63,775 nucleotides of DNA from Actinomycetales bacterium (GCA_045807245.1 JBJMHS010000055.1:1-63775); one strand, 5' to 3'; positions 21,276-30,656 are shown, counted from the stretch's first letter. Numbers and translations: made by a program. The notes: generated from the letters alone by a model not told the origin.

Positions 21276-22496
21276 ATGTACCGCAAGCGCACTTTCGCGG
21301 TCGTTCTGACTGCGGGCGCACTCGCGCTCGCGGCCTGCAGCTCGTCCGGGGGCTCGAGCGGCGGCGGTGGAGCGGCCGGATCCTCGCGTCCCGCACCGCC
21401 CAAGGTGGCAATGGCCACGGCCGTCGGTGCCGGCGAGGGCCAGCTCAACGTCATCGCCTGGGCCGGCTATGCCGAGGACGGGTCGAACGACAAGACCGTC
21501 GACTGGGTGCACCCGTTCGAGAAGGACACCGGCTGCAAGGTCAACGTCAAGGTCGCGAACACCTCCGACGAGATGGTGACCCTGATGCAGAGCGGCCAGT
21601 ACGACGTCGTCTCGGCGTCCGGCGACGCGACCCTGCGGATGATCTACGGCGGGGACGTCGCCCCGGTGAACACGACCTTGGTGCCCAACTACGCCACGAT
21701 CTTCCCGTTCCTCAAGGACCGTGACTGGAACTCGGTCGAGGTCGACGGCAAGCGGCAGATGTACGGCATCCCGCACGGGTGGGGCGCCAACCTCCTGATG
21801 TGGAACAGCAAGGACGTCAACCCCGCACCCACGTCTTGGGGCGCCGTGTTCGACGCCAGCTCGCCGTACAAGGGCAAGATCACGGCATACGACTCGCCGA
21901 TCTACATCGCGGACGCTGCTCTCTACCTGATGAAGACCAAGCCGGACCTGGGCATCAAGAACCCGTACGCGCTGGACCAGAAGCAGTTCGACGCCGCCGT
22001 CAACCTCCTCAAGACGCAGCGGACGCTGGTCGGTGAGTACTGGTCGGACTACACGAAGGAGGTGCAGGCGTTCGAGTCCGGCACCTCGGTGCTCGGGACC
22101 ACGTGGCAGGTCATCGCCAACCTGATCGACAGCGACAAGAAGGTCGGCATCAAGGCGATCGTCCCGGCCGAGGGCTCCACCGGGTGGTCCGACACCTGGA
22201 TGCTCAGCTCGAAGTCGCAGCACCCGAACTGCTCCTACAAGTGGATGGACTACATCGTCTCGCCGTCGGTCAACGCGCAGGTGGCGAGCTGGTTCGGTGA
22301 GGCGCCCGCGCAGTCGAAGGCTTGCGATGAGAAGGACATGGCCGACCTCTGTACGACGTACCACGCCGCGGACAAGGCCTACTCGGACAACATCTGGTAC
22401 TGGACGACGCCGACCGCGTCGTGCCTGGACGGCCGCAGCGTGAAGTGCGTCGCCTACCCGCAGTGGACGCAGGCTTGGACCGGGATCAAGGGCTGA
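21276..22496 (+). CDS. polyamine-type ABC substrate-binding lipoprotein (PotD/YdcS-like)
   Basis: Lipobox LAAC; AWAGYAE, YDVVSASGDA, EGSTGWSDTWM. Confidence 0.92.
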   Translation: MYRKRTFAVVLTAGALALAACSSSGGSSGGGGAAGSSRPAPPKVAMATAVGAGEGQLNVIAWAGYAEDGSNDKTVDWVHPFEKDTGCKVNVKVANTSDEMVTLMQSGQYDVVSASGDATLRMIYGGDVAPVNTTLVPNYATIFPFLKDRDWNSVEVDGKRQMYGIPHGWGANLLMWNSKDVNPAPTSWGAVFDASSPYKGKITAYDSPIYIADAALYLMKTKPDLGIKNPYALDQKQFDAAVNLLKTQRTLVGEYWSDYTKEVQAFESGTSVLGTTWQVIANLIDSDKKVGIKAIVPAEGSTGWSDTWMLSSKSQHPNCSYKWMDYIVSPSVNAQVASWFGEAPAQSKACDEKDMADLCTTYHAADKAYSDNIWYWTTPTASCLDGRSVKCVAYPQWTQAWTGIKG

Positions 22497-22500
22497 TCCG

Positions 22501-23373
22501 TTGGCGTCGAGCGGGCTGACGGCTGGGGGCGCAGCCCACGGTCATCCACGGCTCCGGCTGCTGGGACTGCTGTCCCTGCCGGGGCTGTGGCTGGTCGTCG
22601 CCTACCTCGGCTCGCTCGGCGCCATGTTCGCCACAGCGTTCTGGACGACGGACGACTTCACGGGCGCCGTCATCCGCACGTTCACGACGAGCAACTTCAG
22701 CACGCTGCTGCACGACTCCGTCTATCGCACCATCGCGTTGCGCTCGCTGGAGGTCGCCGCCGCCGTCACGGTGATCGACGCCGCCGTTGCGTTGCCGATC
22801 GCGTTCTACATGGCCAAGGTGGCGCGACCGCGAGTGCGGCAGGCCATGGTCGTGCTCGTGCTGACGCCGTTGTGGGCCAGCTATCTCGTGAAGGCGTACG
22901 CCTGGCGAGTCATGTTGGGCAGCAACGGCGTCATCGGCTGGGCGCTGCACCCGTTCGGGTTGAACGGCCCTGGCTACGGCGTGACAGCCACGACGCTGAC
23001 CCTCGCCTACCTGTGGCTGCCGTACATGATCCTGCCGATCTACGCCGGGCTGGAGCGGGTGCCGAACTCGATGCTCGAGGCCTCGAGCGATCTGGGGGCG
23101 CCCGCGGGCCGAACCTTCCGATCCGTCGTCATGCCGCTGCTCTACCCGGCGATCGTGGCCGGCTCGATCTTCACCTTCTCGCTCAGCCTGGGCGACTACA
23201 TCGCGGTGAAGATCGTGGGTGGCGCGTCGCAGCTGTTCGCCAACGTCATCTACGACAACGTCATCACGGCGAACAACCTGCCGTTCGCCGCTGCGGCGGC
23301 GACGTTCCCGGTCGTGACGATCATCCTGTACCTCTCCGCGGTCCGGCGCACCGGCGCGCTGGACAACCTGTAG
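22501..23373 (+). CDS. ABC permease (PotB-like)
   Basis: Multiple TM segments, EASSDLGA EAA motif. Confidence 0.92.
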   Translation: MASSGLTAGGAAHGHPRLRLLGLLSLPGLWLVVAYLGSLGAMFATAFWTTDDFTGAVIRTFTTSNFSTLLHDSVYRTIALRSLEVAAAVTVIDAAVALPIAFYMAKVARPRVRQAMVVLVLTPLWASYLVKAYAWRVMLGSNGVIGWALHPFGLNGPGYGVTATTLTLAYLWLPYMILPIYAGLERVPNSMLEASSDLGAPAGRTFRSVVMPLLYPAIVAGSIFTFSLSLGDYIAVKIVGGASQLFANVIYDNVITANNLPFAAAAATFPVVTIILYLSAVRRTGALDNL

Positions 23374-23381
23374 GGCCGGCC

Positions 23382-24191
23382 ATGATCCTGTCGCGGCGCG
23401 CGCGAACCCTGTTGGGCCTGTTCGTGATGCTCGGCATGGCCGTGATCTACGTCCCGTTGCTCGTCGTCCTGGTCAACAGCGTCAACCCGTCGCGGACCTT
23501 CGGCTGGCCGCCGTCGGGCGTCACGTTCGACTGGTGGCATCGGGCGCTGGACAGCCAGGGCATGGTGTCGGCGCTGTGGACCAGCGTGAAGGCCGGGCTC
23601 GGCGCGACGGTAGTCGCACTGGTTCTCGGCAGCATGGTGGCCTTCGCAGTGGCGCGGTACCGATTCTTCGGTCGCGACGCCATCTCGTTCCTGGTGATCC
23701 TGCCGATCGCCCTGCCCGGTGTCATCACGGGTATCGCGCTCAACAACGCCTTCCGGGCGCTGATCGGGCCCAACCACTTCGGCCTCATGACGGTGATCGT
23801 CGGGCACGCGACCTTCTGCATCGTGGTCGTCTACAACAACGTGCTGGCCCGGCTGCGTCGTACCGGCTCCTCGCTGGAGGAGGCGTCGGCCGACCTCGGC
23901 GCGCGGCCGGTGCAGACCTTCCGTCTGGTCACCCTGCCCGCCGTACGGTCTGCGTTGTTCGCCGGTGGCCTGCTGGCGTTCGCGCTGTCGTTCGACGAGA
24001 TCATCGTCACGACGTTCACCGCCGGTCCGGGCGTTCAGACGCTGCCGGTCTGGATCTTCGGCAACCTGTTCCGGCCCAACCAGGCACCGGTGGTCAACGT
24101 GGTCGCCGCGGCGCTCGTCGTCGTGTCGTTCCTGCCGGTGTGGCTGGCCCAGCGAGTCGGCGGTGGCGAGTCCGCCGGCGGGCGCCTCTGA
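23382..24191 (+). CDS. ABC permease (PotC-like)
   Basis: LEEASADLGA, SFDEIIVT. Confidence 0.92.
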   Translation: MILSRRARTLLGLFVMLGMAVIYVPLLVVLVNSVNPSRTFGWPPSGVTFDWWHRALDSQGMVSALWTSVKAGLGATVVALVLGSMVAFAVARYRFFGRDAISFLVILPIALPGVITGIALNNAFRALIGPNHFGLMTVIVGHATFCIVVVYNNVLARLRRTGSSLEEASADLGARPVQTFRLVTLPAVRSALFAGGLLAFALSFDEIIVTTFTAGPGVQTLPVWIFGNLFRPNQAPVVNVVAAALVVVSFLPVWLAQRVGGGESAGGRL

Positions 24192-24193
24192 CC

Positions 24194-25126
24194 TCAGTGG
24201 ATCGCAGGGCTGCGCCGCTCCAGCAGGACGACGTCGCGCCAGCGTCCGTCCGCACTGCGCCCGAGCCGCTCGCGGGTCCCGACGACCCGGAACCCGAGCC
24301 GCTCGTGCAAGGCCAGGCTGGCGACGTTCTCGGGGAACACGCCGCTCTGGATGGTCCAGATGCCCGCGGCTTCGGTGGAGGCGACGAGCGTCTCGAGCAG
24401 GCGCCGGCCGATGCCGTTCCCTTGGCGGGCCGGGTCGACGTACACCGAGTGCTCGACGACGCCGGCGTAGACGCAGCGGCCCGAGACCGGCACCGCGGCG
24501 ACCCAGCCGGTCACGGTCCCGGTGCCGTCCGTCGCGACGTACCGATGCGCCGCCAGGTGATCGGCGTCCCAGGTGGTCCAGGACGGCACGGTGGTCTCGA
24601 ACGTCGCGTCACCGCCGGCGATGCCCGCGGCGAAGATGCGGGCGACGTCGGCCCAGTGTGCCTCGCGCAGTGGCTCGACCACGACGAGGTCGGCCAGGAG
24701 CTGCTCGACGCGGCGCCGGATCTCGTCGCGGATCGGGCGGACCTCGGCCTCCGAGCGGCCGGCCGGGTCGGCGAGGTCCCAGTCCTGGTAGCGGATGCCG
24801 GGGAACACCGGGCAGGTGTCGTCGCAGCCCATGGTCACCACGACGTCCGCGCGCCGGACGTCGTCCGGTGTGAGCAGACGGGGTGCCGCGGTCGCGACGT
24901 CGATGCCCACCTCGCGCATCACCCCGACGACGGCCGGGTGCACCGACGCTGCGGGTTCCGACCCGGCCGAGCGGACGTCGACCCGCTCGCCGGTGAGGTG
25001 CCGCACCCAGGCCATCGCCATCTGCGAGCGGCCGGCGTTGTGGACGCACACGAAGAGCACAGACGGCCGCCGCGAGACGGCCTCGAGTGCGGGTGGCCCG
25101 GCCACAGCGGTGGTCCGCTGGTTCAC
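24194..25126 (-). CDS. arsC: fusion of LMW-PTP-fold arsenate reductase and phosphinothricin-acetyltransferase-like GNAT (ArsN-like)
   Basis: N-terminal CVHNAGRS and MGCDDTCP, DWDLADP; C-terminal ATFET, VSGRCVYAGVVEHSVYV, GIWTIQSGVFPEN; GTGA overlap with arsR. Confidence 0.88.
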   Translation of the reverse strand: MNQRTTAVAGPPALEAVSRRPSVLFVCVHNAGRSQMAMAWVRHLTGERVDVRSAGSEPAASVHPAVVGVMREVGIDVATAAPRLLTPDDVRRADVVVTMGCDDTCPVFPGIRYQDWDLADPAGRSEAEVRPIRDEIRRRVEQLLADLVVVEPLREAHWADVARIFAAGIAGGDATFETTVPSWTTWDADHLAAHRYVATDGTGTVTGWVAAVPVSGRCVYAGVVEHSVYVDPARQGNGIGRRLLETLVASTEAAGIWTIQSGVFPENVASLALHERLGFRVVGTRERLGRSADGRWRDVVLLERRSPAIH

Positions 25127-25500
25127 CGCTGGCCGTTGCCGATCAGGGCCGCCAGGTCGCCGAGGGCGCTGGTCTGGGCCCGGTAGAACACCCAGACCCC
25201 GCGCTTCTCGCGCGTCACCAGCCCGGCGTCGTGCAGCACCTTGAGGTGGTGGCTGATCGTCGGCTGGGACAGGTCGAACGCTCCGGTCAGGTCGCAGACG
25301 CACGCCTCGCCGCCCTCGTGGGAGGCGATGAGCGACATCAACCGCAGCCGGACCGGGTCGGCCAGGGCCTTGAGCATGACCGCGCCGTGCTCGGCGTGCT
25401 CCGCGGACATCGGCTCGTGGGCCAGCGGCGTGCAGCAGGCCACGCCCGAGACCGGGATCCGGGTCGTGGGCCGGCGTTCCAGGAGTGCAGACTTCGACAT
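25123..25500 (-). CDS. arsR: ArsR/SmtB metalloregulator
   Basis: N-terminal ACC, KALADPVRLRL, EACVCDL, SQPTISHHLKVL. Confidence 0.92.
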   Translation of the reverse strand: MSKSALLERRPTTRIPVSGVACCTPLAHEPMSAEHAEHGAVMLKALADPVRLRLMSLIASHEGGEACVCDLTGAFDLSQPTISHHLKVLHDAGLVTREKRGVWVFYRAQTSALGDLAALIGNGQR

Positions 25501-25571
25501 CCGTCTATGTTGACAGGTGTCTATATCTGCTGGCAACCTTCCAACCATCGATGGGAATCGATATCTGTCGA
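25494..25571. promoter_or_regulatory. three imperfect TCGAC-N4-GTCGA palindromes (putative ArsR operators)
   Basis: tcgacatccgtcta 25494-25507, ttgacaggtgtcta 25510-25523, tcgatatctgtcga 25558-25571. Confidence 0.6.
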
Positions 25572-25592
25572 CCGATGGGACGGAGGTGTGAC

Positions 25593-25676
25593 ATGGCCCG
25601 CGAGAACGCTGCCGACCTCGAGCTGCTGGACAGCCTCGAGTGTGACTGCGACTGCGAGGCGCTCGGCTGCTGCTGA
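25593..25676 (+). CDS. 27-aa Cys-rich peptide MARENAADLELLDSLECDCDCEALGCC
   Basis: GGAGG at 25582-25586, ATG 25593, GC-ending codons, divergent from arsR. Confidence 0.7.
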   Translation: MARENAADLELLDSLECDCDCEALGCC

Positions 25677-25684
25677 GCTGCGCC

Positions 25685-26536
25685 TCAGGCGTGACGGAGG
25701 CCGGCCAGCTGGGTGCCGTGCGCGACCAGTGCACCGGTGCTGTCCCAGATCTCGCAGGTCTCGTCCGTGAAGCCGGTGCCGTCGTCGGCGGTCACCACCA
25801 GGCTGGGCCGGCTCCGCACGACCAGCGGCCCAGGAGCCGGACGGCCCCGCACCCAGGCGCTGAGCTGCAGGGTCGGGATCCACCCCCGGATCCCGAGCGC
25901 GAACGTGGGGGGTGGGGCCGCGTCCACGACGAGCACCAGTGACAGGGGGTCCGGCTCGCGGCCGTCGGCCAGGGAGACGTAGCCGCGCACCTCTGGCTGT
26001 CCAGTGGGCTCACCCCGCGTCCAGCCCAGGACGGCCGGGTCGAGCTGCTGGCGGACGACCTTCATCAGCAGCACCTCGAAGCCCGGCCCTTCGGTCGGCA
26101 GCTCGAAGCACTCGCCGATCGGTGGCAACAGCGGGCGAGTCGTGCCGTCGTACCGCGTCGTCGAGGCGTCGGGCAGCCGACCACAGGTCACCAGCGCATC
26201 GACCTGGGTCGCACCGTCCTGCGTCATCCGCGCGTGCACGGTCGAGACGGCCCGGCCGCGCCGCACGATGTCGAGGTCAAGTCGGACCTCGCCCGGGCTG
26301 GGCGAGGCCGGGAACGATGCGGAGACGGCAAGAGGGTCCGGCGGGGCCGAGGCGTCCCGATCCGCACCGCCGTCCGATGGCGGCGACACCTCGAGGCAGG
26401 CCGCCCGAGCCACCATCGCCATCAGGTAGCCGCCGTTGGGCCGCCCGCCGATCGACCAGCCCGCGTCGACGTTCGCGACGTACCGTCCGGGCGCCTCGCG
26501 AGTGACCGCCGTCGCGGTGTCGAACTGGCTGCTCAC
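25685..26536 (-). CDS. thioesterase family protein (TesB-like double hotdog)
   Basis: GWSIGGRPNGGY, GWIPTLQL, DETCEIWDSTGALVA. Confidence 0.88.
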   Translation of the reverse strand: MSSQFDTATAVTREAPGRYVANVDAGWSIGGRPNGGYLMAMVARAACLEVSPPSDGGADRDASAPPDPLAVSASFPASPSPGEVRLDLDIVRRGRAVSTVHARMTQDGATQVDALVTCGRLPDASTTRYDGTTRPLLPPIGECFELPTEGPGFEVLLMKVVRQQLDPAVLGWTRGEPTGQPEVRGYVSLADGREPDPLSLVLVVDAAPPPTFALGIRGWIPTLQLSAWVRGRPAPGPLVVRSRPSLVVTADDGTGFTDETCEIWDSTGALVAHGTQLAGLRHA

Positions 26537-26589
26537 GCCCGCGAGCCTAGGTCAGGGCGACGTCGGGACCGGCGGCTAGGTTGTCGCGG

Positions 26590-27261
26590 GTGAGCGCCGC
26601 CCGGACCCCCGTGCAGCTGGTCATCTTCGACTGCGACGGCGTCCTCGTCGACAGCGAACGGCTCTCGGTGAGCGTCGACACGCGGGTGCTGGCCCACCTC
26701 GGACTGCCCCTGACGCGGGATGAGGTCGTGGAGCGCTTCGTCGGCCGGACCGAGAGCTACTGGCGGGCGGAGGTCGAGCGCGAGCTGGGCCGCGAGATGG
26801 CCCCCGGCGAGTTCGAGGCCTTCGACCCCTGGTACCGCGATGCGTTCGAGGCCGAGCTCACGCCGGTCGCCCACGTCGTCGAGCTGCTCAACGGGCTCGA
26901 CGGCGCCGGCATCCGGACCTGCGTGGCGTCCAGCGGCACCCATGAGCGGATGCGGTTCACGCTCGGTCACACCGGCCTGTACGACCGCTTCGCCGGGCGC
27001 ATCTACAGCGCCACCGAGGTCGCGGAGGGCAAGCCGTCCCCGCTGCTCTTCCTGCACGCGGCGGCGCAGATGGACACCGAGCCGGCGCACTGCCTGGTCA
27101 TCGAGGACAGCCAGTACGGCGTGCAGGCCGCGGTTGCCGCCGGCATGTCCTGCGTGGGCTTCAGCGGGTCGGTCACCCCGGCCGAGACCCTGCGCGCGGC
27201 CGGGGCCGACCACGTCGTGGCCGACCTCCGGGACGTGTTCTCGATCGCGATGGGCGACTGA
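26590..27261 (+). CDS. HAD family hydrolase
   Basis: IFDCDGVLVDSE, GKPSP, VIEDS. Confidence 0.93.
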   Translation: MSAARTPVQLVIFDCDGVLVDSERLSVSVDTRVLAHLGLPLTRDEVVERFVGRTESYWRAEVERELGREMAPGEFEAFDPWYRDAFEAELTPVAHVVELLNGLDGAGIRTCVASSGTHERMRFTLGHTGLYDRFAGRIYSATEVAEGKPSPLLFLHAAAQMDTEPAHCLVIEDSQYGVQAAVAAGMSCVGFSGSVTPAETLRAAGADHVVADLRDVFSIAMGD

Positions 27262-27286
27262 GGGTCGCCGGAGATGGGCCGCTGAC

Positions 27287-27691
27287 GTGCCCGGCCCGCG
27301 CCGCCGGACCGACCCGGTCGAGGGGCAGGCCGCCCTCGCCGCCTGGCGGGCCGACCCGGCCGGCGCCGACCGGACCACCGTCGGTACGGCGGTGCGCTAC
27401 ACCCTCGAGCACCTCGCCGACCTGGCCCCCGGCCGCACCGTCGAGGTGCGCGTCCCCCCGTACGCCGTCGTGCAGTGCGTCGAAGGCCCCCGGCACACAC
27501 GGGGGACGCCCCCCAACGTGGTCGAGACCGACGCCACGACCTGGCTGGCCCTGGTCACCGGTTCGCTGACCTGGGCGGCGGCCGAGGCGGCCGGCCGGGT
27601 GCGGGCGAGCGGTCAGCGGGCCGATCTCGCGGCGTACCTGCCCCTACGCCTTGCTCCCGGTGCCTCGGCCGAAGGTACGGTCGGCGGGTGA
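27287..27691 (+). CDS. sterol carrier family protein (SCP_3-like)
   Basis: APGRTVEVRVPP, GPRHTRGTPPNVVETD; typical upstream neighbour of purF. Confidence 0.85.
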   Translation: MPGPRRRTDPVEGQAALAAWRADPAGADRTTVGTAVRYTLEHLADLAPGRTVEVRVPPYAVVQCVEGPRHTRGTPPNVVETDATTWLALVTGSLTWAAAEAAGRVRASGQRADLAAYLPLRLAPGASAEGTVGG

Positions 27692-27945
27692 GCGAAGACC
27701 AGGCCACGCCGGACGAGCATTCCTCCGTGCGCTACGGCCGCAAGCGCCGGGCCCCGCGCTACGGCAGCTTCGTCGCGACGGGCGCCATCGTGGGCGTCGT
27801 GCTCGGGCTCGCCCTGTCGCTGACCCGTCCGGCCTCGGGCGACTTCTCGCAGAACAGCGTTATCGGCTACGTCGCGGCGACCCTCGGGCTGCTCGGCGCG
27901 CTACTCGGCGCGGGAGTGGCCGTTCTCCTCGACCGGCGCAGGTAG
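27688..27945 (+). CDS. small two-TM membrane protein
   Basis: RRAPRYGSF plus two hydrophobic helices; GTGA overlap. Confidence 0.75.
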   Translation: MSEDQATPDEHSSVRYGRKRRAPRYGSFVATGAIVGVVLGLALSLTRPASGDFSQNSVIGYVAATLGLLGALLGAGVAVLLDRRR

Positions 27946-27955
27946 CCTGGGCCGT

Positions 27956-29539
27956 GTGACGACCCGCGGCGACGGCCGGCTGTCCCACGATCTGCTCACG
28001 GGGGAGAAGGGCCCGCAAGACGCCTGTGGTGTCTTCGGCGTCTGGGCGCCCGGGGAGGAGGTCGCCAAGCTCGCCTACTTCGGTCTGTACGCCTTGCAGC
28101 ACCGCGGACAGGAGTCGGCCGGCATCGCGACCAGCGACGGCTCGAGCATCCTGGTCTTCAAGGACATGGGCCTGGTCTCCCAGGTGTTCGACGAGTCCTC
28201 CCTCGAGACGCTGCGCGGTCATCTGGCCGTCGGTCACTGCCGGTACTCCACGACCGGTGGCTCGACCTGGGAGAACGCGCAGCCGACCCTCGGCGCGACC
28301 GCGGCGGGCACGGTGGCGCTGGCGCACAACGGCAACCTCACCAACGCGGTGAGCCTCCGCGAGCTGGTGCGAGAGCGGTACGGCGACCGCGCCCTGCGCG
28401 ACCTCGGCACCACGACGACCGACACCTCGCTGGTGACGGCGCTGCTGGCCGGTGACCCGGACCGGAGCCTGGAGGCCACCGCGCTCGACGTCCTGCCCGA
28501 GCTGCGCGGTGCCTTCTCGTTCGTCTTCATGGATGAGCACACGCTGTACGCGGCCCGCGACCGGCACGGCATCCGGCCCCTCGTGCTCGGTCGACTGGAG
28601 CGCGGTTGGGTGGTCGCGAGCGAGACGGCGGCGCTCGACATCGTTGGCGCGAGCGTGATCCGCGAGGTGGAGCCGGGCGAGCTCATCGCTGTCGACGCGG
28701 ACGGCTTGCGCAGCACGCGGTTCGCGGCCGCCGAGCCGCGCGGATGTGTGTTCGAGTACGTCTACCTGGCCCGGCCGGACACGACGATCAGCGGCCGGGT
28801 GGTGCACGAGGCCCGGGTCGAGATGGGCCGGCAGCTCGCTCGCGAGCACGCGGTCGACGCCGACCTGGTCATCCCGACGCCGGAGTCCGGTACGCCGGCC
28901 GCGATCGGCTACGCCCAGCAGTCGGGCATCCCCTACGGCCAGGGCCTGGTGAAGAACTCCTACGTGGGCCGCACCTTCATCCAGCCCAGCCAGACGATCC
29001 GCCAGCTGGGCATCAGGCTCAAGCTCAACCCGCTGCGGGACGTCATCCGGGGCAAGCGGCTCGTCGTCGTCGACGACTCGATCGTCCGGGGCAACACGCA
29101 ACGAGCGCTCGTGCGCATGCTGCGCGAGGCGGGCGCGGCCGAGGTCCACGTCCGCATCTCCTCGCCCCCGGTGACCTGGCCCTGCTTCTACGGCATCGAC
29201 TTCGCCAGCCGGGCCGAGCTCATCGCGACCGGCCTGACGGTCGACGAGGTGCGCGCGAGCATCGGCGCCGACTCCCTCGGATACCTCAGTGAGTCCGGCA
29301 TGGTGGCCGCGTCTCAGCAACCGCGCGAGCGGCTCTGCACCGCCTGCTTCACCGGGATCTACCCGGTGCCTCTGCCCGACGTCGACCGGCTCGGCAAGCA
29401 TGTGCTCGAGACGCTTCCCGGGCTGGGCGCCCCGTTGACCGCCGGTGATGACGAGCTGGCGACGCTTCCTCTGGCGGACGTCGAAGGTGTCACCGCGAGC
29501 GCTTCGGCCGGCGCTGCGGACGCGCTCAGCCGGCCGTGA
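27956..29539 (+). CDS. purF: amidophosphoribosyltransferase
   Basis: CGVFG, LQHRGQES, HNGNL, VDDSIVRGNT, CFYGID. Confidence 0.97.
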   Translation: MTTRGDGRLSHDLLTGEKGPQDACGVFGVWAPGEEVAKLAYFGLYALQHRGQESAGIATSDGSSILVFKDMGLVSQVFDESSLETLRGHLAVGHCRYSTTGGSTWENAQPTLGATAAGTVALAHNGNLTNAVSLRELVRERYGDRALRDLGTTTTDTSLVTALLAGDPDRSLEATALDVLPELRGAFSFVFMDEHTLYAARDRHGIRPLVLGRLERGWVVASETAALDIVGASVIREVEPGELIAVDADGLRSTRFAAAEPRGCVFEYVYLARPDTTISGRVVHEARVEMGRQLAREHAVDADLVIPTPESGTPAAIGYAQQSGIPYGQGLVKNSYVGRTFIQPSQTIRQLGIRLKLNPLRDVIRGKRLVVVDDSIVRGNTQRALVRMLREAGAAEVHVRISSPPVTWPCFYGIDFASRAELIATGLTVDEVRASIGADSLGYLSESGMVAASQQPRERLCTACFTGIYPVPLPDVDRLGKHVLETLPGLGAPLTAGDDELATLPLADVEGVTASASAGAADALSRP

Positions 29540-29546
29540 GGACCGC

Positions 29547-30656
29547 ATGACCGTCACACCGGGGAACCATCTGACCTACGCCGCCGCCGGAGTCGACGTC
29601 GACGCGGGGGACCGTGCCGTCGGGCTCATGAAGACCTGGGTCGCCAAGACCCATGGGCCCGAAATGCTCGGCGGCATAGGGGGATTCGCCGGCCTGTACG
29701 ACGTGCATCGGCTCACGGCGTACCAGCATCCGGTCCTCGCGACCAGCACTGACGGTGTCGGCACGAAGGTTGCTATAGCGCAACAGATGGACGTCCACGA
29801 CACGATCGGGTTCGACCTCGTGGGCATGGTCGTCGACGACATCGTGGTGTGCGGCGCCGAGCCGCTCTTCATGACGGATTACATCGCCTGCGGCCGCGTC
29901 GTACCGGAGCGGATCGCCGCCATTGTGAAGGGCATCGCCGAGGCGTGCGTCGTCGCCGGCTGCGCCTTGGCGGGCGGCGAGACGGCGGAGCACCCAGGCC
30001 TGCTCGCGCCGGACGAGTACGACGTGGCGGGCGCCGCGACCGGTGTGGTGGAGCACGACCGCATGCTGGGACCCGCTCGGGTGCGCGCCGGTGACGTCGT
30101 CGTGGCGATCGCCTCCAGCGGGCTGCACTCCAACGGGTACTCGCTGGTCCGGCGGGTGATCGGCGACGCCGGCTGGGCGCTCGACCGCGACGTGCCCGAG
30201 CTGGGCCGCACGCTGGGCGAGGAGCTGCTGACGCCGACCCGGGTGTACGCCGCCGACGTCCTCGACCTGGTCGGCTCGGCACTGGACGTCCGCGCGCTCA
30301 GCCATGTCACCGGCGGCGGGCTCGCCGCGAACCTGGCCCGGGTGCTGCCGGCCGGTCTGCGGGCCGACGTGGAACGCGGCACCTGGTCGCCGGCGCCGAT
30401 CTTCGGGCTGGTCGGTGCGCTGGGGCGGGTGTCCCATGCCGACCTGGAGCGCACCTTCAACATGGGGGTCGGCATGCTCGCGATCGTGCCGCCGGAGTCG
30501 GTGGACGCCGCTGTCGCCCGCCTGCAGAGCCGCGATCTGGCGGCCTGGCCGTGCGGGGAGGTCCGGCCGGATGACGGCACTGCGCAGCCGGACGAGTCGC
30601 GCGGGGCCAAAGGGGTCGACGGCGGAGCCGCCGCCTTGGTGGGTACCTACCGCTAG
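29547..30656 (+). CDS. purM: AIR synthase
   Basis: YAAAGVD, STDGVGTK, GGETAEHPG, GLHSNGYSL, TFNMGVG. Confidence 0.97.
   Translation: MTVTPGNHLTYAAAGVDVDAGDRAVGLMKTWVAKTHGPEMLGGIGGFAGLYDVHRLTAYQHPVLATSTDGVGTKVAIAQQMDVHDTIGFDLVGMVVDDIVVCGAEPLFMTDYIACGRVVPERIAAIVKGIAEACVVAGCALAGGETAEHPGLLAPDEYDVAGAATGVVEHDRMLGPARVRAGDVVVAIASSGLHSNGYSLVRRVIGDAGWALDRDVPELGRTLGEELLTPTRVYAADVLDLVGSALDVRALSHVTGGGLAANLARVLPAGLRADVERGTWSPAPIFGLVGALGRVSHADLERTFNMGVGMLAIVPPESVDAAVARLQSRDLAAWPCGEVRPDDGTAQPDESRGAKGVDGGAAALVGTYR

Noticed and set aside
25485..25676. 63-aa version of the Cys-rich ORF, or a RiPP precursor
   Set aside because: The extension overlaps arsR and the operators while the RBS points to ATG 25593; no maturation enzymes (rSAM, LanM, YcaO) are nearby
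25501..25734. N-terminal extension of ArsR to 203 aa
   Set aside because: It runs through the operator spacer and neighbouring genes; ArsR-like sequence begins at ATG 25500
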